Virus record (IMG/VR): IMGVR_UViG_3300039208_000040
Span: 1 to 39,128 of that record
DNA length: 39,128 nucleotides
Source of the DNA: a virus
Taxonomy: Duplodnaviria; Caudoviricetes
Direction: 5' to 3' (one strand)
The position numbers and the translations under genes were made by a program. Positions 16,630-26,516 of the stretch are shown here, in pieces; the stretch's first letter is position 1, and every line of letters starts with the position of its first letter. Under the pieces are notes generated by a model. That model saw only the letters and a program-made list of their open reading frames with translations. It had not been told where the DNA came from and made no database searches.

Positions 16630-16825
16630 TTATGTACAGTACGGTGGGCACCGCAATGCCCCGGTTAATATGGAGCTGGTAGCTTCCTTTAGGATAGACC
16701 GCCATGTCCCTACCTACATGGAGTTCACATTACCCGGCAGAGAGAAGTGCATTGTCTGGGAATTCAAGAATGCAGGCGAGTGTAAAGCTGCATTCGATAA
16801 GTTGGTGGAGGATTATGTGTCATGA
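16622..16825 (+). CDS. Hypothetical protein
   Basis: GGAGG RBS; paralogue-like to the next gene. Confidence 0.7.
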   Translation: MSSYVQYGGHRNAPVNMELVASFRIDRHVPTYMEFTLPGREKCIVWEFKNAGECKAAFDKLVEDYVS

Positions 16826-17079
16826 AGTATATCACTACTAAGAATCCTAATCACCAGCCAGTTAACCTTGAGCAGGTACTCAGTATCCTATACCCAGAGC
16901 TTAATGAAGATACCGTAGCAAAGATGGAGAAGCATGGTCATAAGTTCAAGCTATACTTCATTGGCCCTGCCCTTAATCAAGAGGACTCCCTTGATATTAT
17001 ATGGCAGTTTGCTGACTACGAGTATGGCCGTGATGTGTATAAACAAGTGATGGCCTATGCTGATGTGGTGGTGTTATGA
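16822..17079 (+). CDS. Hypothetical protein
   Basis: GGAGGA RBS, ATGA coupling. Confidence 0.7.
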   Translation: MKYITTKNPNHQPVNLEQVLSILYPELNEDTVAKMEKHGHKFKLYFIGPALNQEDSLDIIWQFADYEYGRDVYKQVMAYADVVVL

Positions 17080-17651
17080 GTGAAAGACCCGAACCGTGGG
17101 AGTACCTACCTGAAATCTGGTCTACCAAAGCAGCCTACTTCACATGGCTCCGGGGACAAATGCGCAGAGCATGGTCACGTCACCCGGTTAAGGTACAGTA
17201 CCAGAAGTCCCGAAGAGTTAGAGCCAACGTCGGTAAGCAAAGAGATAAGCTTACTGGAGTTCGTAAAGAGGTTTGGGCCTTACCCTGTGACATATGTGGG
17301 GGAGTATTTCCTCAAACAGAGGTAGAGGTTGACCATATTGTGCGAGCTGGTAGCTTCCGTAACTGGGAGGAGTGTGAACAGTGGCTCCGGTCACTGATGC
17401 AGATAACTCCCGATGACCTACAGCTGGCCTGTAAGCCCTGCCATAAGATTAAGTCTTACGCTGAACACCACGGCATCTCCTTTCTGGAAGCTCGTGCAGA
17501 AAAGGCCGCTATCGAATGGCAAAAGGAATGCCCACCTGATACACAGAAGAAGGTGTTACTTACTTTGGGTGTAGATGCCATTGATGTGTCTAACGCCAAG
17601 AAGCGCAGAGCTGCTTATGTGGCAGTACTATTGGCTAAGTATGGTGAGTAG
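17076..17651 (+). CDS. HNH endonuclease
   Basis: CDIC...EVDHI...LQLACKPCH. Confidence 0.85.
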   Translation: MSERPEPWEYLPEIWSTKAAYFTWLRGQMRRAWSRHPVKVQYQKSRRVRANVGKQRDKLTGVRKEVWALPCDICGGVFPQTEVEVDHIVRAGSFRNWEECEQWLRSLMQITPDDLQLACKPCHKIKSYAEHHGISFLEARAEKAAIEWQKECPPDTQKKVLLTLGVDAIDVSNAKKRRAAYVAVLLAKYGE

Positions 17652-17733
17652 ATTAGTGCTAATGCAGATTAGTATGTGGGTAGTTCAGCTCACTGCTGGT
17701 GTGATTGTTTTAGTGAACATCGTTAACTTCTGA
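17644..17733 (+). CDS. 29-aa hydrophobic peptide
   Basis: GTG overlapping the HNH end; MSRLVLMQISMWVVQLTAGVIVLVNIVNF; ends just before the terminator. Confidence 0.35.
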   Translation: MSRLVLMQISMWVVQLTAGVIVLVNIVNF

Positions 17734-17740
17734 GAGGAAT

Positions 17741-17765
17741 GCCCCGGCTGATGCTGGGGCTTTTT
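17741..17765 (+). terminator. Rho-independent terminator of the + arm
   Basis: GCCCCGGC tgat GCTGGGGC TTTTT at the convergence point. Confidence 0.85.
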
Positions 17766-17800
17766 AGTGCCTGCTGTAAAGTACTGCACACCCCAAGGGG

Positions 17801-18619
17801 TTACTCCGTCTTCAGGGATTCGTACTTCTTCCGGTACGCTTTAGTCCCCTTCTTACTCTTCGCCTTGCTCCAGTTCAGGCCACCATGCCATCGACTGGCA
17901 GCTTCCAAGTCATCTCCACCTGCTCCCTTCAAGTGGTCGTTCAACATCTTCCTTGCAAACTTCTCATAACTCAGTTCAAACTCTGCATTACCTGCTAAAC
18001 CTAAGTCACCCCCGTAATCGAAAGCCTTTAGGAACTCATCCACTGAGTCGAAGCCGTAACGTGCAGCCCATACCTTGGCCTGTGCATGCTCACTACCTCC
18101 TTTTTGGTAACGAGGTAAATCAACTCCGCCTATCTTGAGAGATATCCGTTGTCTCTCTGCCATCTCATTCATGGCTGACAGCTCACTCTCTGTGAACAGT
18201 GCGCTCTTAGTGGCAAGGTATCCTTTCGTCAGTCCACGAGTGATTTGCATGGGGCCATAAGCACTACTTCCACTCCCATTCACCTGTGTACGTATGAATG
18301 TCTCGTCTAATCCCCCTGTTTCAATCTGTACGATGTTATCTCGGAACATCTGTTGTTTGGTATTGAGTGCTGGTAGCTCCTCTGACAGAGCCTCCTGCGT
18401 ACTCTCAGGGAATAGCTCTGCTTCTTCCTCTGCTGAGATAGTTTCTAGCTCCGGCTGGTGGATACCATCCTGCATAGCACTGCTAAATTCTATCTCTTGC
18501 TCCAGTGGGTCTTCAACAGCCAGTGATGGCTTGAAGGCATCCAGTGCAGCACTGATATCATCATCCGTGAAGTCATCAGGGAATGAGTGAAGCATCCCCT
18601 CAAAATGTATCTGTTGCAT
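17801..18619 (-). CDS. Internal virion protein with lysozyme/transglycosylase-like domain
   Basis: AGGAG RBS before ATG 18619; IVQIETGG and SSAYGPMQIT resemble the catalytic Glu and GxMQ motif of the lysozyme fold. Confidence 0.65.
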   Translation of the reverse strand: MQQIHFEGMLHSFPDDFTDDDISAALDAFKPSLAVEDPLEQEIEFSSAMQDGIHQPELETISAEEEAELFPESTQEALSEELPALNTKQQMFRDNIVQIETGGLDETFIRTQVNGSGSSAYGPMQITRGLTKGYLATKSALFTESELSAMNEMAERQRISLKIGGVDLPRYQKGGSEHAQAKVWAARYGFDSVDEFLKAFDYGGDLGLAGNAEFELSYEKFARKMLNDHLKGAGGDDLEAASRWHGGLNWSKAKSKKGTKAYRKKYESLKTE

Positions 18620-18659
18620 GTACGCTCCTAATATCAATCCTAATATCGACAACTTAATC

Positions 18660-20447
18660 CTACTTAAGACGTATTGGCCTACCTTGTTCATCACGACCCC
18701 ACTGCACTACATTAGCAGGTGGTTTAGTCTGTGGCTGTCCAGACTTCTCCGCGACTTCCTTATCAAATAATGTGGTTACTGTCTCCCAGTACTGCTCAGT
18801 GTTAGTGTAACGTGCTGCTGGCAAGTTACCTGAACGGCGATGCAGGGAGGATATTTGATTGGCTCGGTTAAATCGTGCAACAAAGGCACGTTCTGCACTG
18901 GTGTCACTGACGCCGGGCGCTATTCCCCCGGAGGTAGTACCAGCATCGAAGGCAAATGTCAGCTTATCTCCTTCGAACTTGAATGCGTCCACGTTAGCAC
19001 CATTGGCCCGGAGCTGTGCAAACTCCTGAGCTAACCCTGAAGTGTTACTCTCCTGTAGGGAGATGAGTGAAGCCTTCAGTGCATTGCTTGTCTTGGTTGC
19101 GTTTGCAACTTTACGACTGGCAAAGGCTGTCCATACGTGGTCTTCACCCAGAGCATTCATCTCTTTCTCAGCTGTCACATACTTCTCTTCTTCCATACCC
19201 GGAGTAGCAAACACTAAGCCAGCTGCAACCAGTCGGCCCTGTCTGTCCTCCGCTGTCTCTGCCGGGACACCACTACCTAATAGGCCATACTGCTTGGTAA
19301 CAACGGATGATGCTACCTGACGTAGCTTGAATGCACCCCTTGCACGAGGGCTGAGTTCAGCAAGTACCTGCTCACTGGCCTTAGTAGGGGCCTGTGCTTG
19401 GTAATCTAGCAATGCTTGGAAGCCTCGCTCACCACCAAATGTCCATGCTGCTGCATGCTCAGGCATACGTAGCAATGCGTCCTCCAGTAGGGACTTGGTT
19501 AACAGGTTGTTGTTCTGTGTCAGCTTCAACAGGGAACCATCATCAGCCATACCGTCGATAGCATCGTTCAATAGCTCCAGTGGCTTGATAGCTGCCGCAA
19601 TCTCTGGCCCGGTTACACCATCTGATGCCGCAGTAATGGCACTGATAGACGCTGCAATGTTAGCCTTGGCCTGAGTCTTGATGTTAGCCATAAACTCTGG
19701 AGTAACTTCACCACCCTGTGCCTGACGACGTACTTGTCCCAGTAGGTCAAGCATAATCACACCACCTCTATGGGTTACTTCCTTCTGGGTATCCAGTAAG
19801 GAGTAGGTGCCATTGGCTTTACGCTGGTTCAGTACATTCTGTGCATGCTGTGCTTGCAGGGCCACGTTGTTGAACTCCTGCTGCTGCTCCACAGTTACCC
19901 CATTCTGGATAGCTTCAATCTGTAGCTTCTCGAATGCCTTCTGCTCGGCTGATAGGGCCTGCTTCTGAGTGCTCAGTAGGTCAGCAAAGGTAGCCCTGTT
20001 CGGGTCTATCCCGGTAGCCGTGGTCATGGCTGCACGAATCTCCTTCTCAAACTCAGGAGCGTTAGCGATGGCTGTATCTTGGATAGCTTCCAGACGCTCA
20101 AGGGCAAACTGCCGGGGCAGCTTACCTGACGCAGCTGCATCCTGAATCTGGGTGAACTCCTTGAATGCCTGCGCTGTAATAGGGTTAGCCAGTGCCTCCT
20201 CTTTGAACAGGGACTTGGCTAGTGCCGGGTTACGTTGGGCCAGCAGAGCCTCTTTGATAGACTCAGTCTGGTTAGTGACATCTTCCTGAATGTCTTTGAT
20301 ACGTTCCTCTCGGATAGCAGGAAGAACAGCACCTAATGCTGCTGCGCCTGCCTCCGCTAAACTTGGGGCTGGAGTGAATCCGCCTTGTAATTGCACTGGT
20401 GTAATATCTACTGCCTGATTACCTGTGCTGCTGAATGGGCCTGCCAT
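18660..20447 (-). CDS. Internal virion (ejection) protein
   Basis: 595 aa, Ala/Gln-rich helical; position in the podovirus core gene cluster. Confidence 0.7.
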   Translation of the reverse strand: MAGPFSSTGNQAVDITPVQLQGGFTPAPSLAEAGAAALGAVLPAIREERIKDIQEDVTNQTESIKEALLAQRNPALAKSLFKEEALANPITAQAFKEFTQIQDAAASGKLPRQFALERLEAIQDTAIANAPEFEKEIRAAMTTATGIDPNRATFADLLSTQKQALSAEQKAFEKLQIEAIQNGVTVEQQQEFNNVALQAQHAQNVLNQRKANGTYSLLDTQKEVTHRGGVIMLDLLGQVRRQAQGGEVTPEFMANIKTQAKANIAASISAITAASDGVTGPEIAAAIKPLELLNDAIDGMADDGSLLKLTQNNNLLTKSLLEDALLRMPEHAAAWTFGGERGFQALLDYQAQAPTKASEQVLAELSPRARGAFKLRQVASSVVTKQYGLLGSGVPAETAEDRQGRLVAAGLVFATPGMEEEKYVTAEKEMNALGEDHVWTAFASRKVANATKTSNALKASLISLQESNTSGLAQEFAQLRANGANVDAFKFEGDKLTFAFDAGTTSGGIAPGVSDTSAERAFVARFNRANQISSLHRRSGNLPAARYTNTEQYWETVTTLFDKEVAEKSGQPQTKPPANVVQWGRDEQGRPIRLK

Positions 20448-20449
20448 GC

Positions 20450-23400
20450 TTAATCCTCTACTTTAGGTGCGTCTTGTACTGTGTCTGCAAATGGTACGAT
20501 TACTGGGTTAGTGCTGAACACTTTCTCAGGGCTGAACATGCGCTCATTGTCCATAATCAAACCTTGCGTTACATCACCGGATACCGTAGTACGGAAGTAT
20601 TCCCGTAATGCTCTGTCTTCTGCTGTCTCTGGGTTCTCAAGTATACGGGACTCCAGTGCCTTATGGAAATCCTCCACTAATGCCGGGTTCCCCAGTGACT
20701 CATCCAGTATCTGCTTGGTTGCTCGTACTTGGTCAGCGTAAGCATTGTCCCGGTTGTGCGTGTAAATGTAACGATGCCACACACGTATCATCACATCGGT
20801 AGCTTCCTTGACAGCTTCCTTGTTATCGAAGTTCCGTTCCTCAATAGCACGTAGCCTGGACTCTGCTGATGGCTGGAAGCCGATGGCTACCGCCAACTCA
20901 GTGGCATGGTTGAAGTCGTCACGGATACGCGCTCTGCCTTGCCGACTACGGATGATGTTATGATTCTGCATCATACGTGCCTTCAGGATGTTCCTGCCTG
21001 AAGATGGTATCCCTGCCAAGATAGTGGCTACTTCTTTGAAGACAGTTAGGCGAGTACCGTTGTCCATGTCCGTCATCCCAGACCTGTCTACAAACAGGAG
21101 AGGTTCTACCTGTGCCAGCTGCTTCAGTGCTTCCGACTGGCCCACTAACAGGGCAATGTCCTCAGCTGCTGTGATTACCCGGCCACCTGTCTCACTGGTT
21201 ACAGACAACAGCTTAACCCATGCCGGGTCTTTACTGGTGATAATGTCCTTCACCTTGTCGAATACACCGACACCCAGTGCCGCTCGGCTCGCAACATCTA
21301 CCTCAGCACCAAATACCTCATGTGCCACGAACCCTGCAAACCCCTGATTGAAGGTGTTAGCAAGGGAAGCGATGGTGTCTGCGTCAGTTGTACGGTCTAA
21401 GCCTGTCTGGTCTACCACCCAGTCTGTTAGCCTTGGCCCTACCATACTCATTAGGGGTACACCTGCTGCACCAAATGCCAGCATCTGCCCTGTCACTGCT
21501 CGGGCCTTCTGTGCCTTGGTAAATCCACCACGTCCCTCACCCTTTAGGGTTAGTTCGATGGTCTTTGCCAGTACCTGTGCAAACTGTGTCGCCACTGCTG
21601 CCGTCTTCTGGGCACCTGTTGCCCCATTACCTGCCTGCCACCATGCTCGGTTAGCACCATTCAGCTCCAGCATGAATAGGTTGGCCTGTCGAAGGATGTC
21701 AGACTCAGCTGCGTCATCAATCACTGCCGTCGGGTTGGCCTTGCGCCAGTTGGTGAAGGCTGTGATATAGGAGATACGACGGTTAACCAGCTCTGCTGCC
21801 CGGTATATCATAAGGCTGACGTTACCTGCCTTACGTAGTACGTCACGAGACACACCAATACCAGTACTTGCTACGTAGTTGAGGTCGGCGTTACCACGTA
21901 CCGACTCACGCAGACCAGACCTGTCCCATGCCCGGTACATTTCACCACCATCTGCCACAATATCCGCAAGCTCTCTGTCTCCCTGCATAGACTTGAATAT
22001 CTTACCTACCGTATTACCGTCCTTGATATTATCGATAGCACCAAAGCCTATGGTCTTGGCTAAGATGTTAGGAATCTCGGCCACAGGTGCCAGTGATAGG
22101 GCCACGGTAGCTGCCGATGCCTGCACATATAGCTGTGCCGGGTTCAGTACCCCCAGCATAGTGTGCATGTTCGCTGCCATCATAGCCCCTGCCGGGTTAG
22201 AGTGCTTCAACCACAGGATAGATTCGATGGCATTCTTCTGTAGGCCCAGTGTACGGCTACCATTCAGTGCCCAGTCATGGGTACGTTGTACCGATGCCTC
22301 AAACAGGGACTCCTTCTTGGAAGGTACAGTGTTCCAGATACGGAGCTGGTTGCGTAAACGCTCCAGTGCCTTACCTGTATCATCGTTAGGTAGACGTGTA
22401 CCGTCGAAGCCCTTCAGTTCCACCTCCGGCAACATACGTCGTACTGTGTTCAGCCACTCCTGTTCCTTACCAATACGCATTTCATTCTTGGTTACACGGG
22501 TGGAGAGGTGGTCAAGCCACCGTCCCAGTACATCCTCTGGCTGCATACGCTGGATAGGCTGACCATCCAGTCCCTGAAGTAGGTCATCCTTGGCACGAGT
22601 ACCTGTGAACAGGCCCTTACTACCGGACAGGGAGTTAGTTGCTCGCTCAATCTGGGACATAGCGGAGCCATCTGCCAGTACATACAACTTCTCTGCCACC
22701 TCACGAGTGACACCAGCTACCCTCATATGGGTAGTTATCTGCTGCTCAAGGAATTGCTCTGCATCCAGACGTGAAGAGAAGGCCCTAATAGCCTCCGTCT
22801 TACTTGCTGTGGTTGTTCCTCGCTTCTTCATCGGGTATACACGCTGTGCTACGAACTCAATACCTTCATGTGCCTTCGGTACATAGCCTGCTTTGTAGTG
22901 GTTCACCTGCTCTGGTAAGGGCTTGATAGCCTCACGAGGTACTGCAATGTATTCCACATGCTCACCGCCTCGGGCAAGGTCATTACCTGTCGTATTCCAG
23001 TCCTCATGACTGCGTACAATCATACGACCAGACTCATACACGGTGTCAATGTGGGCATCGGTTGCTGTGAATATCTTCCCGGTTAGGACATCGTACACAC
23101 CGAAGTCTTTCTTAGCTGCCAGTGATGACTTGGCCTGCTGGATATCATCGAAAGGCTTGACGAACAGCATGGCTGCGTCTTCCCCTTCCCCGATAATCAC
23201 ACTACGTTTAAAGCCAGTGAGTTCTAACTCCCGGCGAGTGGCATAGTTGTCGATGCTGTGGAAGGCATCAGCCACTAAGCGACGTTTATAGTAGGCTTCT
23301 ACCACATCAGGGTCAGTGATACCCTTGGCATGCAGTTCCTCTGGCAGGAACACCTTACCCTTCTCAGCAGTGGTAGGGTTAATCCACTCATCACCTTCCA

Positions 23401-25252
23401 GCTCCAAGGCATTCAGCTGGGCACGTTTACCTTTATCACCCAGACCAGCTACTGCTTTGTTCGCCTCAATCCATAGGTCAGCAGTGTCATTACGTACTGC
23501 CACTGTCAGGTCTTCCACTTGGATAGCCAGCTTCACAGTGTCGTTGAAGTCCTGTGCATCTCCCGGCTTAGTCTTCGACCATGCAGCAGGGGATTGGCCC
23601 GGTAAATCTGAAGAGGATGTTGCTACCAAGTCCTCTGCCGTAGCCGAGTAGTCACCCTGCACCCGGCCAGCTGACCATGAGCGACGACCTGTTAAGGTAC
23701 GTGCTGTATTTGTGGCGTCGGTGATGGTGTACTCAAAGGTGAATGCTTCTGTATTCTCTCCGGTAATCTTCACATCAGAGATAGTGAGGCCATCAGACAG
23801 GATGTCTTCACCTACACGCTCTATCTCCTGTTCGAAGTTACGAATCTCATTAGCCCGGTCAGTCCGGGTAGTGGCACCGATACGCATACGGTTAGAGTGG
23901 GAGGTTACGCTGGTAACTGCACCCTCTGCTGTACGGTAGAACTCGTTCAGCTTCTTACCTATCTCAGGTACTAAGCCTTCAACTGCCTGCGGTAGCCAGC
24001 CTTGTGTCTGGTACGGCATGGCATTGGTCACTGCATCGTCTGTGCTGATACCGACAACACGCTGAATGTCTTCTGAGGACATGGCAGCGATGTTAATACG
24101 TGCTGCCTCGGCTCTGTCTCCAGCCTTGGCAATCACCTTAACCAAGTTGTGTTCCTTAGCTGCACGTTCCCCGGCACTAAGTAACGCGCTCTCCATAGCC
24201 TTACGGGTAGGAGCTGGTAATGCCGATACCTCTGCGGAGATACGGTTTAGACCACCATCTGTAACTGGCCCTTTAGGGGTAGGACGAAAAGGCCCTGACT
24301 TAGGCCCCTTGAATGCTCCGCCTAATCCGGCAGCGTCGATGTTCTTCAGCAGTTTGATTGCTCCCGGTGCCAGTGCTAAGGCTTCCAGTCCCAAGTCCAC
24401 CTTCTGCTCATGGGATGCTCGCTCTCCACCTTCCGGGTCGAGGAAGCGGAGCAGCATGGATGCGCCAAGCAGCATGTTCTGGTCTGTTAAATCACCCCAG
24501 TCACCCTCAATTCCTGTGGCTCCGAAGACTGTCTCTGCAAGTGCAGGGTATAAAGCCTTCTTACGCTCTGTAGGAAGCGCCTGCCAAGACGTTATCATCT
24601 GAGCAATGCTATCACCAGTCAAGAAGGCAGAAAGCTGCTTATCGGCTCTCACACCCTTCTTCACGTCTTCCCATTCGATGGTGGTACGTGCAGGCACAAA
24701 CAAGCCACCGATGTCCAGTATCCTGTCCATCAGTCCCTGCTCATCCAACATGGCGGCAAGCTCGTTACGTGCTGCGATATTGAATGCTGCCTCCTCCCGG
24801 ACGGCTGCTTTGAGTGGTACGTTGGTGGCACGTTGAATCACAGCCAGCTCTACTGCTGCTGGGCTGGTCTTCAAGTCTTCGATAGCCTTCACCCCGGAGG
24901 TGAGGTCTTCTGTAATCTGGGCTGTATTGCCGGGGGCCTGTTGCATGGCTGTCACTGATGCAGCTGCCAGTTCTTGCTCCAGCTCAGAGAACAACTTCTC
25001 TGCTTCCTGTGCCAGAGAGTCTGTATGGTTCCACTCTTCAGACGCATTGGCCGCTACTGCTTCATCTGCTACGTCACCCCGAAGAGTAGCCAAGTCACCC
25101 GACTGTATGGCCCGGCGTTTGTCACCGCTGCCCTGTCCACCGTCCAGTAGCTCAGGTAAACCACCTTCCTCTAATGCGGTAGGGTTGGTCTCCATCTCTT
25201 CTTGGTCAAGTACTCTGTCTAACCCTTCTGGGTTAAGTAGTTCATCTGCCAT
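20450..25252 (-). CDS. Large internal virion (ejection) protein
   Basis: 1600 aa helical protein in the core cluster. Confidence 0.75.
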   Translation of the reverse strand: MADELLNPEGLDRVLDQEEMETNPTALEEGGLPELLDGGQGSGDKRRAIQSGDLATLRGDVADEAVAANASEEWNHTDSLAQEAEKLFSELEQELAAASVTAMQQAPGNTAQITEDLTSGVKAIEDLKTSPAAVELAVIQRATNVPLKAAVREEAAFNIAARNELAAMLDEQGLMDRILDIGGLFVPARTTIEWEDVKKGVRADKQLSAFLTGDSIAQMITSWQALPTERKKALYPALAETVFGATGIEGDWGDLTDQNMLLGASMLLRFLDPEGGERASHEQKVDLGLEALALAPGAIKLLKNIDAAGLGGAFKGPKSGPFRPTPKGPVTDGGLNRISAEVSALPAPTRKAMESALLSAGERAAKEHNLVKVIAKAGDRAEAARINIAAMSSEDIQRVVGISTDDAVTNAMPYQTQGWLPQAVEGLVPEIGKKLNEFYRTAEGAVTSVTSHSNRMRIGATTRTDRANEIRNFEQEIERVGEDILSDGLTISDVKITGENTEAFTFEYTITDATNTARTLTGRRSWSAGRVQGDYSATAEDLVATSSSDLPGQSPAAWSKTKPGDAQDFNDTVKLAIQVEDLTVAVRNDTADLWIEANKAVAGLGDKGKRAQLNALELEGDEWINPTTAEKGKVFLPEELHAKGITDPDVVEAYYKRRLVADAFHSIDNYATRRELELTGFKRSVIIGEGEDAAMLFVKPFDDIQQAKSSLAAKKDFGVYDVLTGKIFTATDAHIDTVYESGRMIVRSHEDWNTTGNDLARGGEHVEYIAVPREAIKPLPEQVNHYKAGYVPKAHEGIEFVAQRVYPMKKRGTTTASKTEAIRAFSSRLDAEQFLEQQITTHMRVAGVTREVAEKLYVLADGSAMSQIERATNSLSGSKGLFTGTRAKDDLLQGLDGQPIQRMQPEDVLGRWLDHLSTRVTKNEMRIGKEQEWLNTVRRMLPEVELKGFDGTRLPNDDTGKALERLRNQLRIWNTVPSKKESLFEASVQRTHDWALNGSRTLGLQKNAIESILWLKHSNPAGAMMAANMHTMLGVLNPAQLYVQASAATVALSLAPVAEIPNILAKTIGFGAIDNIKDGNTVGKIFKSMQGDRELADIVADGGEMYRAWDRSGLRESVRGNADLNYVASTGIGVSRDVLRKAGNVSLMIYRAAELVNRRISYITAFTNWRKANPTAVIDDAAESDILRQANLFMLELNGANRAWWQAGNGATGAQKTAAVATQFAQVLAKTIELTLKGEGRGGFTKAQKARAVTGQMLAFGAAGVPLMSMVGPRLTDWVVDQTGLDRTTDADTIASLANTFNQGFAGFVAHEVFGAEVDVASRAALGVGVFDKVKDIITSKDPAWVKLLSVTSETGGRVITAAEDIALLVGQSEALKQLAQVEPLLFVDRSGMTDMDNGTRLTVFKEVATILAGIPSSGRNILKARMMQNHNIIRSRQGRARIRDDFNHATELAVAIGFQPSAESRLRAIEERNFDNKEAVKEATDVMIRVWHRYIYTHNRDNAYADQVRATKQILDESLGNPALVEDFHKALESRILENPETAEDRALREYFRTTVSGDVTQGLIMDNERMFSPEKVFSTNPVIVPFADTVQDAPKVED

Positions 25253-25256
25253 AGTG

Positions 25257-25712
25257 TTATCCAGTAAATAAGTTTTGAATCGCGCTTAGGTTCTGTGCGC
25301 CTATTGGCCCGGAGAATTGCCCAGCTATACCGCCGATACCTGCGAAGGTGTTAGCACTTTCTAACAACTCACTCCGTCGGTTGGCAATAGCTGTCACTGC
25401 CTGCTGTCCTGTGAACTGCTGGTTAGATGCACCTACTGAGGTTGCCAAGTCTCCTTGGATACCACTCACTGCACCGCCTACTGCTGTTCCTCCTGCCACA
25501 CCAAGACCGAAGCCTGCTGCTTCTGCCTGTGCTCTACGTACCCTTGCTGCTGCGATAGCACGACGTACACTACGCATACGCTGGTTGGCTTGGATACGGT
25601 TGGCTACTTCAGCCTGCCGACGCTGTGCTCGGGATGCTCTACGCTGCTGCACTACACCTGCTACTGCTGCGCCTGCACTGACTACCCCTGCTATGATTGC
25701 TACGGTTGCCAT
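25257..25712 (-). CDS. Small internal virion protein (T7 gp14/P22 gp7-type)
   Basis: Hydrophobic Ala/Gly N-terminus, Q/R/A coiled region, Gly-rich; follows the GNAT gene. Confidence 0.7.
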   Translation of the reverse strand: MATVAIIAGVVSAGAAVAGVVQQRRASRAQRRQAEVANRIQANQRMRSVRRAIAAARVRRAQAEAAGFGLGVAGGTAVGGAVSGIQGDLATSVGASNQQFTGQQAVTAIANRRSELLESANTFAGIGGIAGQFSGPIGAQNLSAIQNLFTG

Positions 25713-25714
25713 CG

Positions 25715-26179
25715 TTATACCTCTTTAGTGTAAGCTACCTCTGTGACCATGTAACCTGCATCTTCTAATAGGTCAGGAGTGTTGCCTTTGTACTGTGGAT
25801 TATGGGATACCGTTAGGAATCTGATGCCGAGTTCCTTGATATCTTCCTCTATGTGTGCAAGCAGTTTACCAAAAATACCTCCATTGCGGTACTCCGGCAC
25901 GACGTAGAAGGAATCGGTCACTGCCTGCATCTCTCCTGCATGATGTAACATGCCGGATGCCAGCACTGCCATGTACGCTATGGGATACCTGCCCATGTAC
26001 GCAACATAGATACGCAGATGGCCTTCAGCCTCCGCATGCAGGTAGGCAGCGTCATCTAACTTCAGGTCTAATTCGAAGTTGCCGAAGGGCACCTCCTGCC
26101 AGTGGTCTCCCATGGCCTTGTGCATCTCTTCCACCAGCTGTGCGTAAGTGATAGTTCCTATTAGTAGTTCGTTATCCAT
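25715..26179 (-). CDS. GNAT-family acetyltransferase-fold protein
   Basis: FYVVPEYRNGGIFGKLL acetyl-CoA motif; position like T7 gp13. Confidence 0.85.
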   Translation of the reverse strand: MDNELLIGTITYAQLVEEMHKAMGDHWQEVPFGNFELDLKLDDAAYLHAEAEGHLRIYVAYMGRYPIAYMAVLASGMLHHAGEMQAVTDSFYVVPEYRNGGIFGKLLAHIEEDIKELGIRFLTVSHNPQYKGNTPDLLEDAGYMVTEVAYTKEV

Positions 26180-26198
26180 TTGTGGGTATCCTTAAATG

Positions 26199-26224
26199 AA
26201 GAAAGCCGCATCCGAAGATGCAGC
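26199..26224 (-). terminator. Rho-independent terminator with UUCG loop
   Basis: GCTGCATC TTCG GATGCGGC TTTCTT on the minus strand. Confidence 0.8.
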
Positions 26225-26237
26225 CTTGTGGGGAGAG

Positions 26238-26516
26238 TTACTTGGCTTTCGCCTTGGGCTTGGCTTTAGGCTTGGCCTCCTCTTTGGCCGTACCTTTCTC
26301 CAAAGAGTTGAGGTAGTTGTTCACTGCTGACTGAGCAGCACCTACTGAACTGTATCCACCTGATAAGCAGGGAGGTACTTTACCACCACTGCCCAGCTCA
26401 ATGAAGCGTACCGTGGCATTACTCTTCGCCACATAGTACAGTTCCTTGCCATTAGGGGTTGTGCCTAACAACACCTTGTTTGTCTTCCTATCTTCCACTA
26501 CGTGTCCTCCTGCCAT
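26238..26516 (-). CDS. Hypothetical structural-region protein
   Basis: Overlaps the adaptor end; Lys/Ala/Pro-rich tail. Confidence 0.7.
   Translation of the reverse strand: MAGGHVVEDRKTNKVLLGTTPNGKELYYVAKSNATVRFIELGSGGKVPPCLSGGYSSVGAAQSAVNNYLNSLEKGTAKEEAKPKAKPKAKAK

Noticed and set aside
18620-18694. N-terminal extension of the 297-aa ORF given in the track
   Set aside because: It overlaps the upstream gene; ATG 18619 has a clear AGGAG RBS.
20450-25252. 1600-aa protein as a virion RNA polymerase
   Set aside because: No DxDGD or single-subunit RNAP motifs recognised; position fits an ejection protein.
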